64,000 nucleotides of DNA from Azolla caroliniana. Taxonomy: Eukaryota; Plantae; Polypodiophyta. This document shows, piece after piece, positions 8,914 to 22,600 of this stretch. Numbering within the stretch: position 1 is the first letter of the stretch; each line of letters opens with the position of its first letter. A program made the position numbers and the translations under genes. The notes beneath the pieces are model-generated. The model ran no database searches. It saw only the letters and a program-made list of their open reading frames with translations, and was not told the DNA's origin. The stretch is taken from positions 124,001 to 188,000 of the forward strand of contig JBHGNT010000045.1 of assembly GCA_043228905.1 (NCBI GenBank). Reading direction: 5' to 3'.

Positions 8914-11900
8914 CCTGGGTCATGTGATGTCGGATTTTTGAGGTCAAACATGCGAATCCAAGCTAACAACACTAGCTATGATATAGAATTAAAAAATCAA
9001 GATTTTGAAACACAGGTCGAGAGACATGAAGAAAATAAAAAAGTTGAGGAGGACATAGACAAGAGCCCATTAGTACATGAAAATGTTCATACCTGGCTCG
9101 TGTGATATCGGATTTTTGTGTTTAAACATGCGAATCGAAGCTAAGAACGCTAGCAAAGATATGGAATTAAAAAATCAAGATTTTGAAACTAAGGTCGAGA
9201 GACATGAAGAAAATAGCAAACTTAAGGAGGTCGTAGAAAAGAGCTTGTTATAATATGAGAAAGTTCATACCTGGCTCGTGTGATATCGGAATTTTTGAGA
9301 TTAATGATGTGAATCGAAGCTAACAACACTAGCTATGATATGGAATTAAAAAATCAAGATTTTGAAACTTAGGTTGAGAGACATGAAGAAAATAGCAAAC
9401 TTAGGGAGGTCGTAGCCAAGAGCCCGTTAGTAAATGTTAATGTTCATACCTGGCTCGTGTGATATCGGATTTTTGTGTTCAACCATGCGAATCGAAGCTT
9501 ACAATGCTAGCTATGATATGGAATTAAAAAATCAAGATTTTGAAACTCAGGTCGAGAGACATGAAAAAAATACCAAACTTGAGGAGGTCATAGACAAGAG
9601 CACGGGAGTAAATGAAAATGTTCATACCTGGCTCGTGTAATATCGGATTTTTGAGATCAGACATGCGAATCGAAGCTCACAACGCTAGCTATGATATCGA
9701 AATAAAAAATCAAGATTTTGAAACTCAGGTCGAGAGACATGAAGAAAATACCAAACTTGAGGAGGTTGTAGACAAGAGCCCAGGAGTAAATGAAACTATT
9801 CATATCTGGATCATGTGATATCGGATTTTTGAGATCAAACATGCGAATCCATGCTAACAACGCTACCTATGATATGCATTTAAAAAATCAAGATTTCGAA
9901 ACTCAGGTCGAGAGACATGAAGAAAATACCAAACTTGAGGAGGTTGTAGACAAGAGCACGGGAGTAAATGAAAATGTTCATACTTGGATCGTGTGATATC
10001 AGATTTTTGAGGTCAAACATGAGAATCAAAGCTAACAACGCTAGCTATGATATGGAATTAAAAAATCAAGATTTTTAAATTCAGGTCGAGGGACATGAAG
10101 AAAATAGGAAACTTGAGAAGGTCATAGACAAGAGCCCGTTAGTAAATTAAAATTTTCATACCTGGCACGTGTGATTTCGGATTTTTGTGGTCAAACATGC
10201 GAATCGAAGATTCCAATGCTAATTATAATATGGAATTAGAAAATCAAGATTTTGAAACTCAGGTCGAGAAAAATAAAGAAAATACCAAACTTGAGGAGGT
10301 CGTAGCCAAGAGCCCGTTAGTAAATGAAAATGTTCATACCTGGCTCGTGTGATATCGCATTTTTGTGTTCAAACATGCAAATCGAAGCTAACAATGCTAG
10401 CTATGATATAGAATTAAAAAATCAAGATTTTGAAACTCAAGTCGAGAGACATGAACACAATTATCAAACTTGATGAGGGAGTTGAGAAGAGCTCGTCAGT
10501 AAATTAAAATGTTCATACCTGGCTCGTGTGATATTGGATTTTTGTGTTCAAACATGGGAATCGAAGCTAACAACGCTAGGTATGATAGGAATTCTAAAAT
10601 CAAGATTTTTAAACTCAGGTCCAGAGATATGAAGTACTTAGCAAACTTGAGGAGGGAGTTGAGTAGAGCCCTTGAGCTAATTAAAATGTTCATACATGGC
10701 CCGTGTGATATCGGATTTTTGTGTTCAAATATGCGAATCGAAGCTAAGACCGCTAGCTATGATATGGAATTAAAAAATCAAGATTTGGAAACTCAGGTCG
10801 AGAGATATGAAGAAATTAGCAAACTTGAGGAGGGAGATAAGAAGAGTTCGTTAGTAAATTAAAATGTTGATACCTGGCTCGTGTGATATCGGATTTTTGT
10901 GTTCAAACATGCTAATCGAAGCTTATAACGCTAGGTATGATATAAAATTAAAAAATCGAGATTTTGGAACTCAGGTCAACAGACATGAAGAAATTAGCAA
11001 ACTTGAGGAGGAAGTTGATTGGAGCCCTTGATTAAATTAAAATGTTCATACTTGGCTCGTGTGATATCGGATCTTTGTGTTCAAACATGCGAATCGAAGC
11101 TAACAACACTAACTATGATATAGAATTAAAAAATGAAGATTTTGAAACTCAGGTCAACAGACATGAAGAAATTAGCAAACTTGAGGAGGGAGTTGAGTAC
11201 AACCCTTGAGCTAATTAAAATGTTCATACCGGGCTCGTGTGCTATCGGATTTCTAAATTTAAACATGCGAATCCAAGCTAACAACGTTAGCTATGATATG
11301 GAATTAAAAAATCAAGATTTGGAAACTCAGGTCAAGAGATATAAAGAAATTAGCAAACTTGAGGAGGGAGTTGAGAAGAGCTCGTTAGTAAATGAAAATG
11401 TTCATAGCTGGTTCGTGTGATATCGGATTTTTGTGTTCAAACATACGAATCGAAGCTAACAACTCTAGCTATGATATAAAATTTAAAAATGAAGATTTTG
11501 AAACTCAGGTCGATTGACATGAAGAAATTAGCAAACTTGAGGAGGGAGTTTAGAAGAGCCTTAGACCAAATTAAAATATTCATACCTAGCTCGTGTGATA
11601 TCGGATTTTTGTGTTCAAACATGCGAATCGAAGCTAACAATGCTAGCTATGATATAGAATAAAAAAATCAAGATTTTGAAACTCAAGTCGAGAGACATGA
11701 CCAAAATTAGCAAACTTGAGGAGGGAGTTGAGAAGAGCTCGTTAGTAAATTAAAATGTTCATACCTGGCTCTTGTGATATAGGATTTTTATGTTCAAACA
11801 TGCGAATAGAAGATAACAACGCTAGCTACGATATGGAGCAAAAAAATGAAGATTTTGAAACTCAGGTCGACAGATCTGAAGAAATTAGCAAACTTCAGGA

Positions 11901-13600
11901 GAGAGTTGAAATGAGCCCTTCAGCAAATTAAAATGTTCATACCTGGCTCGTGTGATATCGGATTTTTGTGTTGAAACATGCGATTCGAAGCTAACAACGC
12001 TAGCTATGATACAGAATTAAAAAATTAAGATTTTCGAAACTCAGGTCGAGAGACATACAGAAATTAGCAAATTTGACGACGGACATGAGAAGAGCCCGTG
12101 AGTAAATTAAAATGGTCATACTTGGCTCGTGTGATATCGGATATTTGTGTTCAAACATGCGAATCGAAGCTAACAACGCTAGCTATTATTAAAATTAAAA
12201 AATGAGGATTTTGAAACTCAGGTCAACAGACATGAAGAAATTAGCAAACTTGAGGAGGGAGTTTAAATGAGCCCTTGAGCTAATTAAAATGTTCATACCT
12301 AGCTCGTGTGCCCGTTGATTTCTAAATTTAAACTTGCGAATCGAAGCTAAAAATGGTAGCTAAGATATGGAATTAAAAAATCAAGATTTGGAAACTCAGG
12401 TCGAGAGATATGAAGAAATTAGCAAACTTGAGGAGTGAGTTAAGAAGAGCTTGTTAGTAAATTAAAATGTTCATACCTGGCTCGTGTGCTATCGGATTTT
12501 TGTGTTGAAACATGCGATTCGAAGCTAAGAATGCAAGCTAAGATATGGGATTAGAAAATCAAGATTTTGAAACTCAGGTCGAGAGATATGAAGAAATTAG
12601 CAAACTTGAGGAGGGAGATAAGAAAAGCTCGTTAGTAAATTAAAATGTTGATACCTGGCTCGTGTGATATCGGATTTTTGTGTTGAAACATGCGAATCGA
12701 AGCTTATAACGCTAGCTATGATATAGAAATAAAAAATCGAGATTTTGAAACTCAGGTCAACAAAAATGAAAAAGTTAGTTAACTTGAGGAGGCAATTGAG
12801 AGGAGCCCTTGAAAAAATTAAAATGTTCATACCTGGCTCGTGTGATATCGGATCTTTGCCTTCAAACATGCAAATCGAAGCTAACAACGGTAGCTATGAT
12901 ATAGAATTAAAAAATGAAGAGCTCGTAAGTAAATTACAATGTTCATACCTGGCTCGTGTGTTATCGGATTTCTAAATTCAAACATGGGAATCGAAGCTAA
13001 CAACGTTAGCTATGATATGGAATTCAAAAATCAAGATTTGGAAAGTCAGGTCGAGAGATATGAAGAAATTAGCAAACTTGAGGAGGGAGTTGAGAAGAGC
13101 TCGTTAGTAAATGAAAATGTCCATAGTTGGCTCGTGTGATATCGGATTTTTGTGTTCAAACATGCGAATCGTAGCTAACAACTCTAGCTATGATATAAAA
13201 TTAAAAAATGAAGATTTTGAAACTCAGGTCAACAGACATGAAGAAATTAGCAAACTTGAGGAGGGAGTTGAGTACAACCCTTGAGCTAATTAAAATGTTC
13301 ATACCTAGCTCGTGTGCTACTTGATTTCTAAATTCAAACTTGCGAATCGAAGCTAACAATGGTAGCTAAGATATTGAAATTAAAAAATCAAGATTTGGAA
13401 ACTTAGGTCGAGAGATATGAAGAAATTAGCAAACTTGAGGAGTGAGTTAAAAAGAGCTTGTTAGTAAATTAAAATGTTGATACCTGGCTCGTGTGATATC
13501 GGATTTTTGTGTTGAAACATGCGATTCGAAGGTAACAACGCTAGCTATGATACAGAATTAAAAAATTAAGATTTTGAAACTCTGGTCGAGAGACATGAAG
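8914..13600 (+). repeat. Intermediate satellite subfamilies C (~8914-10440) and D (~10440-13600)
   Basis: C: caaacttgaggaggtcgtagacaagagcccgttagtaaatgaaaatg. D: gaaattagcaaacttgaggagggagttgag...aaattaaaatgttc. Deletions at ~12916 and ~13903. Confidence 0.72.
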
Positions 13601-16600
13601 AAATAAGCAAATTTTAGGTGGGAGTTGAGAAGAGCTAGTAGGTAAATTAAAATGTTCATACCTGGCTCGTGTGATATCGGATTTTTGTGTTCAAACATGC
13701 CAATCGAAGCTAATAACGCTAGCTATGACATGGAATTTAAAAATCCAGAGTTGAAACTCAGGTCGAGAGACATGACGAAATTAGCAAATTTGACGAGGGA
13801 GTTGAGAAGAGCAAGTGAGTAAATTAAAATGTTCATACCTGGCTCGTGTGATATCGGATTTTTGGGTTCAAACATGCGAATCGAAGCTAAAAACACTAGC
13901 TATGATTTTGAAAGCCAGGTCGAGAGACATGAGGAAATTAGCAAATTTGAGGAGGCTGTGGAGAAGAGTGCGTCAGTAAATTAAAATGTTCATATGTGGC
14001 TCGTGTCATATCGGATTTCTGTCTTCAAACATGCGAATCGAAGCTAACAACGCAAGCTATAATATAGAATTAAAAATTCAAGATTTTGAAACTCAGGTCG
14101 AGAGACATTAGGAAATTAGCTTATTTGAGGATGGAGTGGAGAAGAGCCAGTGAGTAAATTAAAATGTTTATACCTGGCTCGTGTGATATCGGATTTCTAT
14201 GTTCAAACATGCGAATTAAAGCTAACAACGCTAGCTATGATATAAAATTAAAATATCAAGATTTTGAAACTCAGGTCAAGAGACATGAGGAAATTAGCAA
14301 ATTTGAGGAGGCAGTAGAAAAGAGTGCCCCTAAGTAAATTAAAATGGTCATACATGGCTCGTGTGATATCGGAATTCTGTGTTCAAACATGCGTATCGAA
14401 GCTAACAACGCTAGCTATGATATGGAATTCAAAAATCAAGATTTTGAAACTCAGGTCGAGAGACATGAAGAAGTTAGCAAATTTGAGGAGGGAGTTGAGA
14501 AGAGCAAGTGAGTAAATTAAAATGTTCATACTTGGCTCGTGTGATATCAGATTTTTGTGTTCAAATATTTGTATCGAAGCTAACAACGCTAGCTATGACA
14601 TGGAATTAAAAAATCAAGATTTTGAAACTTAGGTCGAGAGACATGAAGAAATTAGCAAATTTGAGGAGGGACTTGAGAAGAGTCCGTGAGTAAATTAAAA
14701 TGGTCATACATGGCTCGTGTGATATCGGATATTTGTGTTCAAACATGCGAATCGAAGCTAACAATGCTAGCTATGATATGGAATTCAAAAATCAAGATTT
14801 TGAAACTCAGGTCGAGAGACATGACGAAATTAGCAAATTTGAGGAGGGCGTTGAGAAGAGCAAATGAGTAAATTAAAATGTTCATACTTGGCTCGTGTGA
14901 TATCGGATTTTTGTGTTGAAACATGCATATCGAAGTTAACAACGCTAGCTATGATATGGAATTCAAAAATCAAGATTTTGAAAGTCAAGTCGAGAGACAT
15001 GAAGAAATTAGCAAATTTGAGGAGGGACTTGAGAAGAGCCCGTGAGTAAATTAAAATTGTCATACATGGCTCGTGTGATATCGTATATTTGTGTTCAAAC
15101 ATGCGAATTGAAACTAACAACGCTAGCTATGATATAGAATTAAAAAATCAAGATTTTGAAACTCAGGTCGAGAGACATGAAGAAATAAGCAAATTTGAGG
15201 ACGGACATGAGAAGAGCTAGTGAGTAAATTAAAATGGTTATACATCGCTCGTGTGATATCGGATTTTTGTGTTCAAACATGCGAATCGAAGCTAACAATG
15301 CTAGCTATGATATGGAATTCAAAAATCAAGATTTTGAAACTCAGGTCGAGAGACATGACGAAATTAGCAAATTTGAGGAGGGCGTTGAGAAGAGCAAATG
15401 AGTAAATTAAAATGTTCATACTTGGCTCGTGTGATATCGGATTTTTGTGTTCAAAAATGCGAATCGAAGCTAACAACGCTACTTATGATATAGATTAAAA
15501 AAATAAAGATTTGAAACTCAGGTCGAGAGACATGACGAAATTAGCAAATGTGAGGATGGAGTTGAGAAGAGCCCGTGAGTAAATTAAAATGGTCGTACAT
15601 GGCTCGTGTGATATCGGATATTTGTGTTCAAAAATGCGAATCGAAGCTAACAAAACTAGCGATGATACGGAATTCTAAAATCAAGATTTTGAAACTCAGG
15701 TCGAGAGACTTGAAGAAATTAGCAAATTTGAGGAGGTACTTGAGAAGAGTCCGTGAGTAAATTAAAATGGTCATACCTGGCTCGTGTGATATCGGATTTT
15801 TGTGTTCAAACATGCGAATGGTAGCTAACAAAGCTAGGTATGATAGGGAATTAAAAAATCAAGATTTTGAAACTCAGGTCGAGAGACATACAGAAATTAG
15901 CAAATTTGACGACGGACATGAGAAGAGCCCGTGAGTAAATTAAAATGATCATACATGGCTCGTGTGATATCGGATATTTGTGTTCAAACATGCGAATTGA
16001 AACTAACAACGCTAGCTATGATATAGAATTAAAAAATCAAGATTTTGAAACTCAGGTCGAGAGACATGAAGAAATAAGCAAATTTGAGGACGGACATGAG
16101 AAGAGCCCGTGAGTAAATTAAAATGGTTATACATCGCTCGTGTGATATCGGATTTTTGTGTTCAAACATGCGTATAGAAGCTAACAACGCTACCTATGAT
16201 ATAGAACTAAAAAATCAAGATTTTGAAACTCAGGTCGAGAGACATGAAGAAATTAGCAAATTTGAGGAGGGACTTGAGAAGAGTCCGTGAGTAAATTAAA
16301 ATGGTCATACGTGGCTCGTGTGATATCGGATTTTTGTGTTCAAAAATGCGAATGGTAGCTAACAAAGCTAGGTATGATAGGGAATTAAAAAATCAAGATT
16401 TTGAAACTCAGGTCGAGAGACATACAGAAATTAGCAAATTTGACGACGGACATGAGAAGAGCCCGTGAGTAAATTAAAATTGTCATACATGGCTCGTGTG
16501 ATATCGGATTTTTGTGTTCAAACCTGCGAATGGTAGCTAACAAAGCTAGGTATGATAGGGAATTAAAAAATCAAGATTTTGAAACTCAGGTCGAGAGACA

Positions 16601-19600
16601 TACAGAAATTAGCAAATTTGACGACGGACATGAGAAGAGCCCGTGAGTAAATTAAAATGGTCGTACATGGCTCGTGTGATATCGGATATTTGTGTTCAAA
16701 AATGCGAATCGAAGCTAACAAAACTAGCGATGATACGGAATTCTAAAATCAAGATTTTGAAACTTAGGTCGAGAGACATGAAGAAATTCGCAAATTTGAG
16801 GAGGGACTTGAGAAGAGTCCGTGAGTAAATTAAAATGGTCATACCTGGCTCGTGTGATATCGGATTTTTGTGTTCAAAATGCGAATCGAAGCTAACAAAG
16901 CTAGCTCTGGTAGAGAATTAAAAAATCAAGATTTTGAAACTCAGGTCGAGAAACATAAATAAATTAGCAAATTTGACGACGGACATGAGAAGAGCCCGGG
17001 AGTAAATTAAAATTGTCATACATGGCTCGTGTGATATCGGAGATTTGTGTTCAAACATGCGAATCGAAACTAACAACGCTAGCTATAATATGGAATTAAA
17101 AAATTAAGATTTTGAAACTCAAGTCGAGAGACATGAAGAAATTAGCAAATTTGCGGACGGACATGAGAAGAGCCCGTGAGTAAATTAAAATGCTTATACA
17201 TGGCTCGTGTGATATCGGGTTTTTGTGTTCAAACATGCGAATCGAAGCTAACAACGCTAGCTATGATGTAGAACTAAAAAATCAAGATTTTGAAACTCAG
17301 GTCGAGAGACATGAAGAAATTAGCAAATTTGAGGAGGGACTTGAGAAGAGTCCGTGAGTAAATAAAAATGGTCATACCTGGCTCGTGTGATATCGGATTT
17401 TTGTGTTCAAACATGCGTATAGAAGCTAACAACGCTAGCTATGATATAGAACTAAAAAATCAAGATTTTGAAACTCAGGTCGAGAGACATGAAGAAATTA
17501 GCAAATTTGAGGAGAGACTTGAGAAGAGTCCGTGAGTAAATTAAAATGGTCATACCTGGCTCGTGTGATATCGGATTTTTGTGTTCAAACATGCGAATGG
17601 TAGCTAACAAAGATAGGTATGATAGGGAATTAAAAAATCAAGATTTTGAAACTCAGGTCGAGAGACATACAGAAATTAGCAAATTTGACGACGGACATGA
17701 GAAGAGCCCGTGAGTAAATTAAAATTGTCATACATGGCTCGTGTGATATCGGATATTTGTGTTCAAACATGCGAATTGAAACTAACAACGCTAGCTATGA
17801 TATAGAATTAAAAAATCAAGATTTTGAAACTCAGGTCGAGAGACATGAAGAAATAAGCATATTTGAGGACGGACATGAGAAGAGCCCGTGAGTAAATTAA
17901 AATGGTTATACATCGCTCGTGTGATATCGGATTTTTGTGTTCAAACATGCGTATAGAAGCTAACAACGCTAGCTATGATATAGAACTAAAAAATCAAGAT
18001 TTTGAAACTCAGGTCGAGAGACATGAAGAAATTAGCAAATTTGAGGAGGGACTTGAGAAGAGTCCGTGAGTAAATAAAAATGGTCATACCTGGCTCGTGT
18101 GATATCGGATTTTTGTGTTCAAAAATGCGAATCGAAGCTAACAACGCTACTTATGATATAGAATTAAAAAAATAAAGATTTGAAACTCAGGTCGAGACAC
18201 ATGACGAAATTAGCAAATGTGAGGATGGAGTTGAGAAGAGCCCGTGAGTAAATTAAAATGGTCGTACATGGCTCGTGTGATATCGGATATTTGTGTTCAA
18301 AAATGCGAATCGAAGCTAACAAAACTAGCGATGATACGGAATTCTAAAATCAAGATTTTGAAACTCAGGTCGAGAGACTTGAAGAAATTAGCAAATTTGA
18401 GGAGGTACTTGAGAAGAGTCCGTGAGTAAATTAAAATGGTCATACCTGGCTCGTGTGATATCGGATTTTTGTGTTCAAACATGCGAATGGTAGCTAACAA
18501 AGCTAGGTATGATAGGGAATTAAAAAATCAAGATTTTGAAACTCAGGTCGAGAGACATACAGAAATTAGCAAATTTGACGACGGACATGAGAAGAGCCCG
18601 TGAGTAAATTAAAATGATCATACATGGCTCGTGTGATATCGGATATTTGTGTTCAAACATGCGAATTGAAACTAACAACGCTAGCTATGATATAGAATTA
18701 AAAAATCAAGATTTTGAAACTCAGGTCGAGAGACATGAAGAAATAAGCAAATTTGAGGACGGACATGAGAAGAGCCCGTGAGTAAATTAAAATGGTTATA
18801 CATCGCTCGTGTGATATCGGATTTTTGTGTTCAAACATGCGTATAGAAGCTAACAACGCTACCTATGATATAGAACTAAAAAATCAAGATTTTGAAACTC
18901 AGGTCGAGAGACATGAAGAAATTAGCAAATTTGAGGAGGGACTTGAGAAGAGTCCGTGAGTAAATTAAAATGGTCATACGTGGCTCGTGTGATATCGGAT
19001 TTTTGTGTTCAAAAATGCGAATGGTAGCTAACAAAGCTAGGTATGATAGGGAATTAAAAAATCAAGATTTTGAAACTCAGGTCGAGAGACATACAGAAAT
19101 TAGCAAATTTGACGACGGACATGAGAAGAGCCCGTGAGTAAATTAAAATTGTCATACATGGCTCGTGTGATATCGGATTTTTGTGTTCAAACCTGCGAAT
19201 GGTAGCTAACAAAGCTAGGTATGATAGGGAATTAAAAAATCAAGATTTTGAAACTCAGGTCGAGAGACATACAGAAATTAGCAAATTTGACGACGGACAT
19301 GAGAAGAGCCCGTGAGTAAATTAAAATTGTCATACATGGCTCGTGTGATATCGGATTTTTGTGTTCAAACCTGCGAATGGTAGCTAACAAAGCTAGGTAT
19401 GATAGGGAATTAAAAAATCAAGATTTTGAAACTCAGGTCGAGAGACATACAGAAATTAGCAAATTTGACGACGGACATGAGAAGAGCCCGTGAGTAAATT
19501 AAAATTGTCATACATGGCTCGTGTGATATCGGATTTTTGTGTTCAAACATGTGAATTGAAACTAACAACGCTAGCTGTGATATAGAATTAAAAAATCAAG

Positions 19601-22600
19601 ATTTTGAAACTCAGGTCGAGAGACATGAAGAAATTAGCAAATTTGAGGAGGGACTTGAGAAGAGTCCGTGAGTAAATAAAAATGGTCATACCTGGCTCGT
19701 GTGATATCGGATTTTTGTGTTCAAACATGCGTATCGAAGCTAACAACGCTAGCTATGATACGGAACTCTAAAATCAAGATTTTAAAACTCAGGTCGAGAG
19801 ACATGAAGAAATTAGCAAATTTGAGGAGGGACTTGAGAAGAGTCCGTGAGTAAATCAAAATGGTCAGATCTTGCTCGTGTGATATCGGATTTTTGTGTTT
19901 TCAAACATGCGAATCGAAGCTAACAAAGCTAGATATAATAGGGAATTAAAAAATCAAGATTTTGAAACTCAGGTCGAGAGACATGAAGAAATTAGCAAAT
20001 TTGAGGAGGGACTTGAGAAGAGCCCGTGAGTAAATTAAAAGGGTTATACATCGCTCGTGTGATATCGGATTTTTGTGTTCAAACATGCGTATAGAAGCTA
20101 ACAACGCTAGCTATGATATAGAACTAAAAAATCAAGATTTTGAAACTCAGGTCGAGAGACATGAAGAAATTAGCAAATTTGAGGAGGGACTTGAGAAGAG
20201 CCCGTGAGTAAATTAAAATTGTCATACATGGCTCGTGTGATATCGGATATTTGTGTTCAAACATGCGAATTGAAACTAACAACGCTAGCTATGATATAGA
20301 ATTAAAAAATCAAGATTTTGAAACTCAGGTCGAGAGACATGAAGAAATAAGCAAATTTGAGGACGGACATGAGAAGAGCCCGTGAGTAAATTAAAATGGT
20401 TATACATCGCTCGTGTGATATCGGATTTTTGTGTTCAAACATGCGTATAGAAGCTAACAACGCTAGCTATGATATAGAACTAAAAAATCAAGATTTTGAA
20501 ACTCAGGTCGAGAGACATGAAGAAATTAGCAAATTTGAGGAGGGACTTGAGACGAGTCCGTGAGTAAATAAAAATGGTCATACCTGGCTCGTGTGATATC
20601 GGATTTTTGTGTTCAAACATGCCTATCGAAGCTAACAACGCTAGCTATGATACGGTATTCTAAAATCAAGATTTTAAAACTCAGGTCGAGACACATGAAG
20701 AAATTAGCAAATTTGAGGAGGGACTTGAGAAGAGTCCGTGAGTAAATAAAAATGGTCAGACCTTGCTCGTGTGATATCGGATTTTTGTGTTCAAACATTC
20801 GAATCGAAGATAACAAAGCTAGCTATAATAGGGAATTAAAAAATCAAGATTTTGAAACTCAGGTCGAGAGACATACAGAAATTAGCAAATTTGACGACGG
20901 ACATGAGAAGAGCCGGTGAGTAAATTAAAATTGTCATACATGGCTCGTGTGATATCGGCTATTTGTGTTCAAACATGCGAATCGAAACTAACAACGCTAG
21001 CTATGATATGGAATTAAAAAATCAAGATTTTGAAACTTAGGTCGAGAGACATGAAGAAATTCGCAAATTTGAGGAGGGACTTGAGAAGAGTCCGTGAGTA
21101 AATTAAAATGGTCATACCTGGCTCGTGTGATATCGGATTTTTGTGTTCAAAATGCGAATCGAAGCTAACAAAGCTAGCTCTGGTAGGGAATTAAAAAATC
21201 AAGATTTTGAAACTCAGGTCGAGAAACATAAATAAATTAGCAAATTTGACGACGGACATGAGAAGAGCCCGGGAGTAAATTAAAATTGTCATACATGGCT
21301 CGTGTGATATCGGATATTTGTGTTCAAACATGCGAATCGAAACTAACAACGCTAGCTATAATATGGAATTAAAAAATTAAGATTTTGAAACTCAAGTCGA
21401 GAGACATGAAGAAATTAGCAAATTTGCGGACGGACATGAGAAGAGCCCGTGAGTAAATTAAAATGCTTATACATGGCTCGTGTGATATTGGCTTTTTGTG
21501 TTCAAACATGCGAATCGAAGCTAACAACGCTAGCTATGATGTAGAACTAAAAAATCAAGATTTTGAAACTCAGGTCGAGAGACATGACGAAATTCGCAAA
21601 TTTCAGGAGGGACTTGAGAAGAGCCCGTGAGTAAATTAAAATGGTCATACCTGGCTCGTGTGATATCGGATTTTTTTGTTTAAACATGCGAATCGAAGCT
21701 AACAACGCTAGCTATGATATAGAATTAAAAAATCAAGATTTTGAAACTCAAGTCGAGAGACATGAAGAAATTAGCAAATTTGAGGAGGGACTTGAGAAGA
21801 GCCCGTGAGTAAATTAAAATGGTCATACTTTTTGGTGTTCAAACATGCGAATCGAAGCTAACAACGCTAGCTACGATATGGCATTAAAAAAATAAAGATT
21901 TGAAACACAGGTCGAGAGACATGACGAAATTAGCAAATTTGAGGATGGAGTTGAGAAGAGCAAGTGAGTAAATAAAAATGGTCATACCTGGCTCGTGTGA
22001 TATCGGATTTTTGTGTTCAAACATGCGAATCGAAGCTAACAACGCTAGGTATGATACGGAATTCCAAAATCAAGATTTTGAAACTCAGGTCGAGAGACAT
22101 GAAGAAATTAGCAAATTTGAGGAGGGACTTGAGAAGAGTCCGTGAGTAAATAAAAATGGTCATACCTGGATCGTGTGATATCGGATTTTTGTGTTCAAAC
22201 ATGCGAATCGAAGCTAACAACGCTAGCTATGATATAGAACTAAAAAATCAAGATTTTGAAACTCAGGTCGAGAGACATGAAGAAAATAGCAAATTTGAAG
22301 AGGGACTTCAGAAGAGCCCGTGAGTAAAGAAAAATGGTCATACCTCGCTCGTGTGATATCGGATTTTTGTGGTCAAACATGCGAATCGAAGCTAACAACG
22401 CTAGCTATGATATGGAATTTAAAAATCAAGATTTGAAACTCAGGTCGACAGACATGACGAAATTAGCAAATTTCAGGAGGTACTTGAGAAGAGCCCGTGA
22501 GTAAATTAAAATGGTCATACCTGGCTCGTGTGATATCGGATTTTTGTGTTCAAACATGCGTATCGAAGCTAACAACGCTAGCTATGATACGGAACTCTAA

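Noticed and set aside
7277-8972. Overlapping alternative-frame and antisense ORFs in the copia remnant, and ORFs within the LTRs (4564-5364)
   Set aside because: They are shadow ORFs of GC-richer retroelement sequence with no recognisable motifs.
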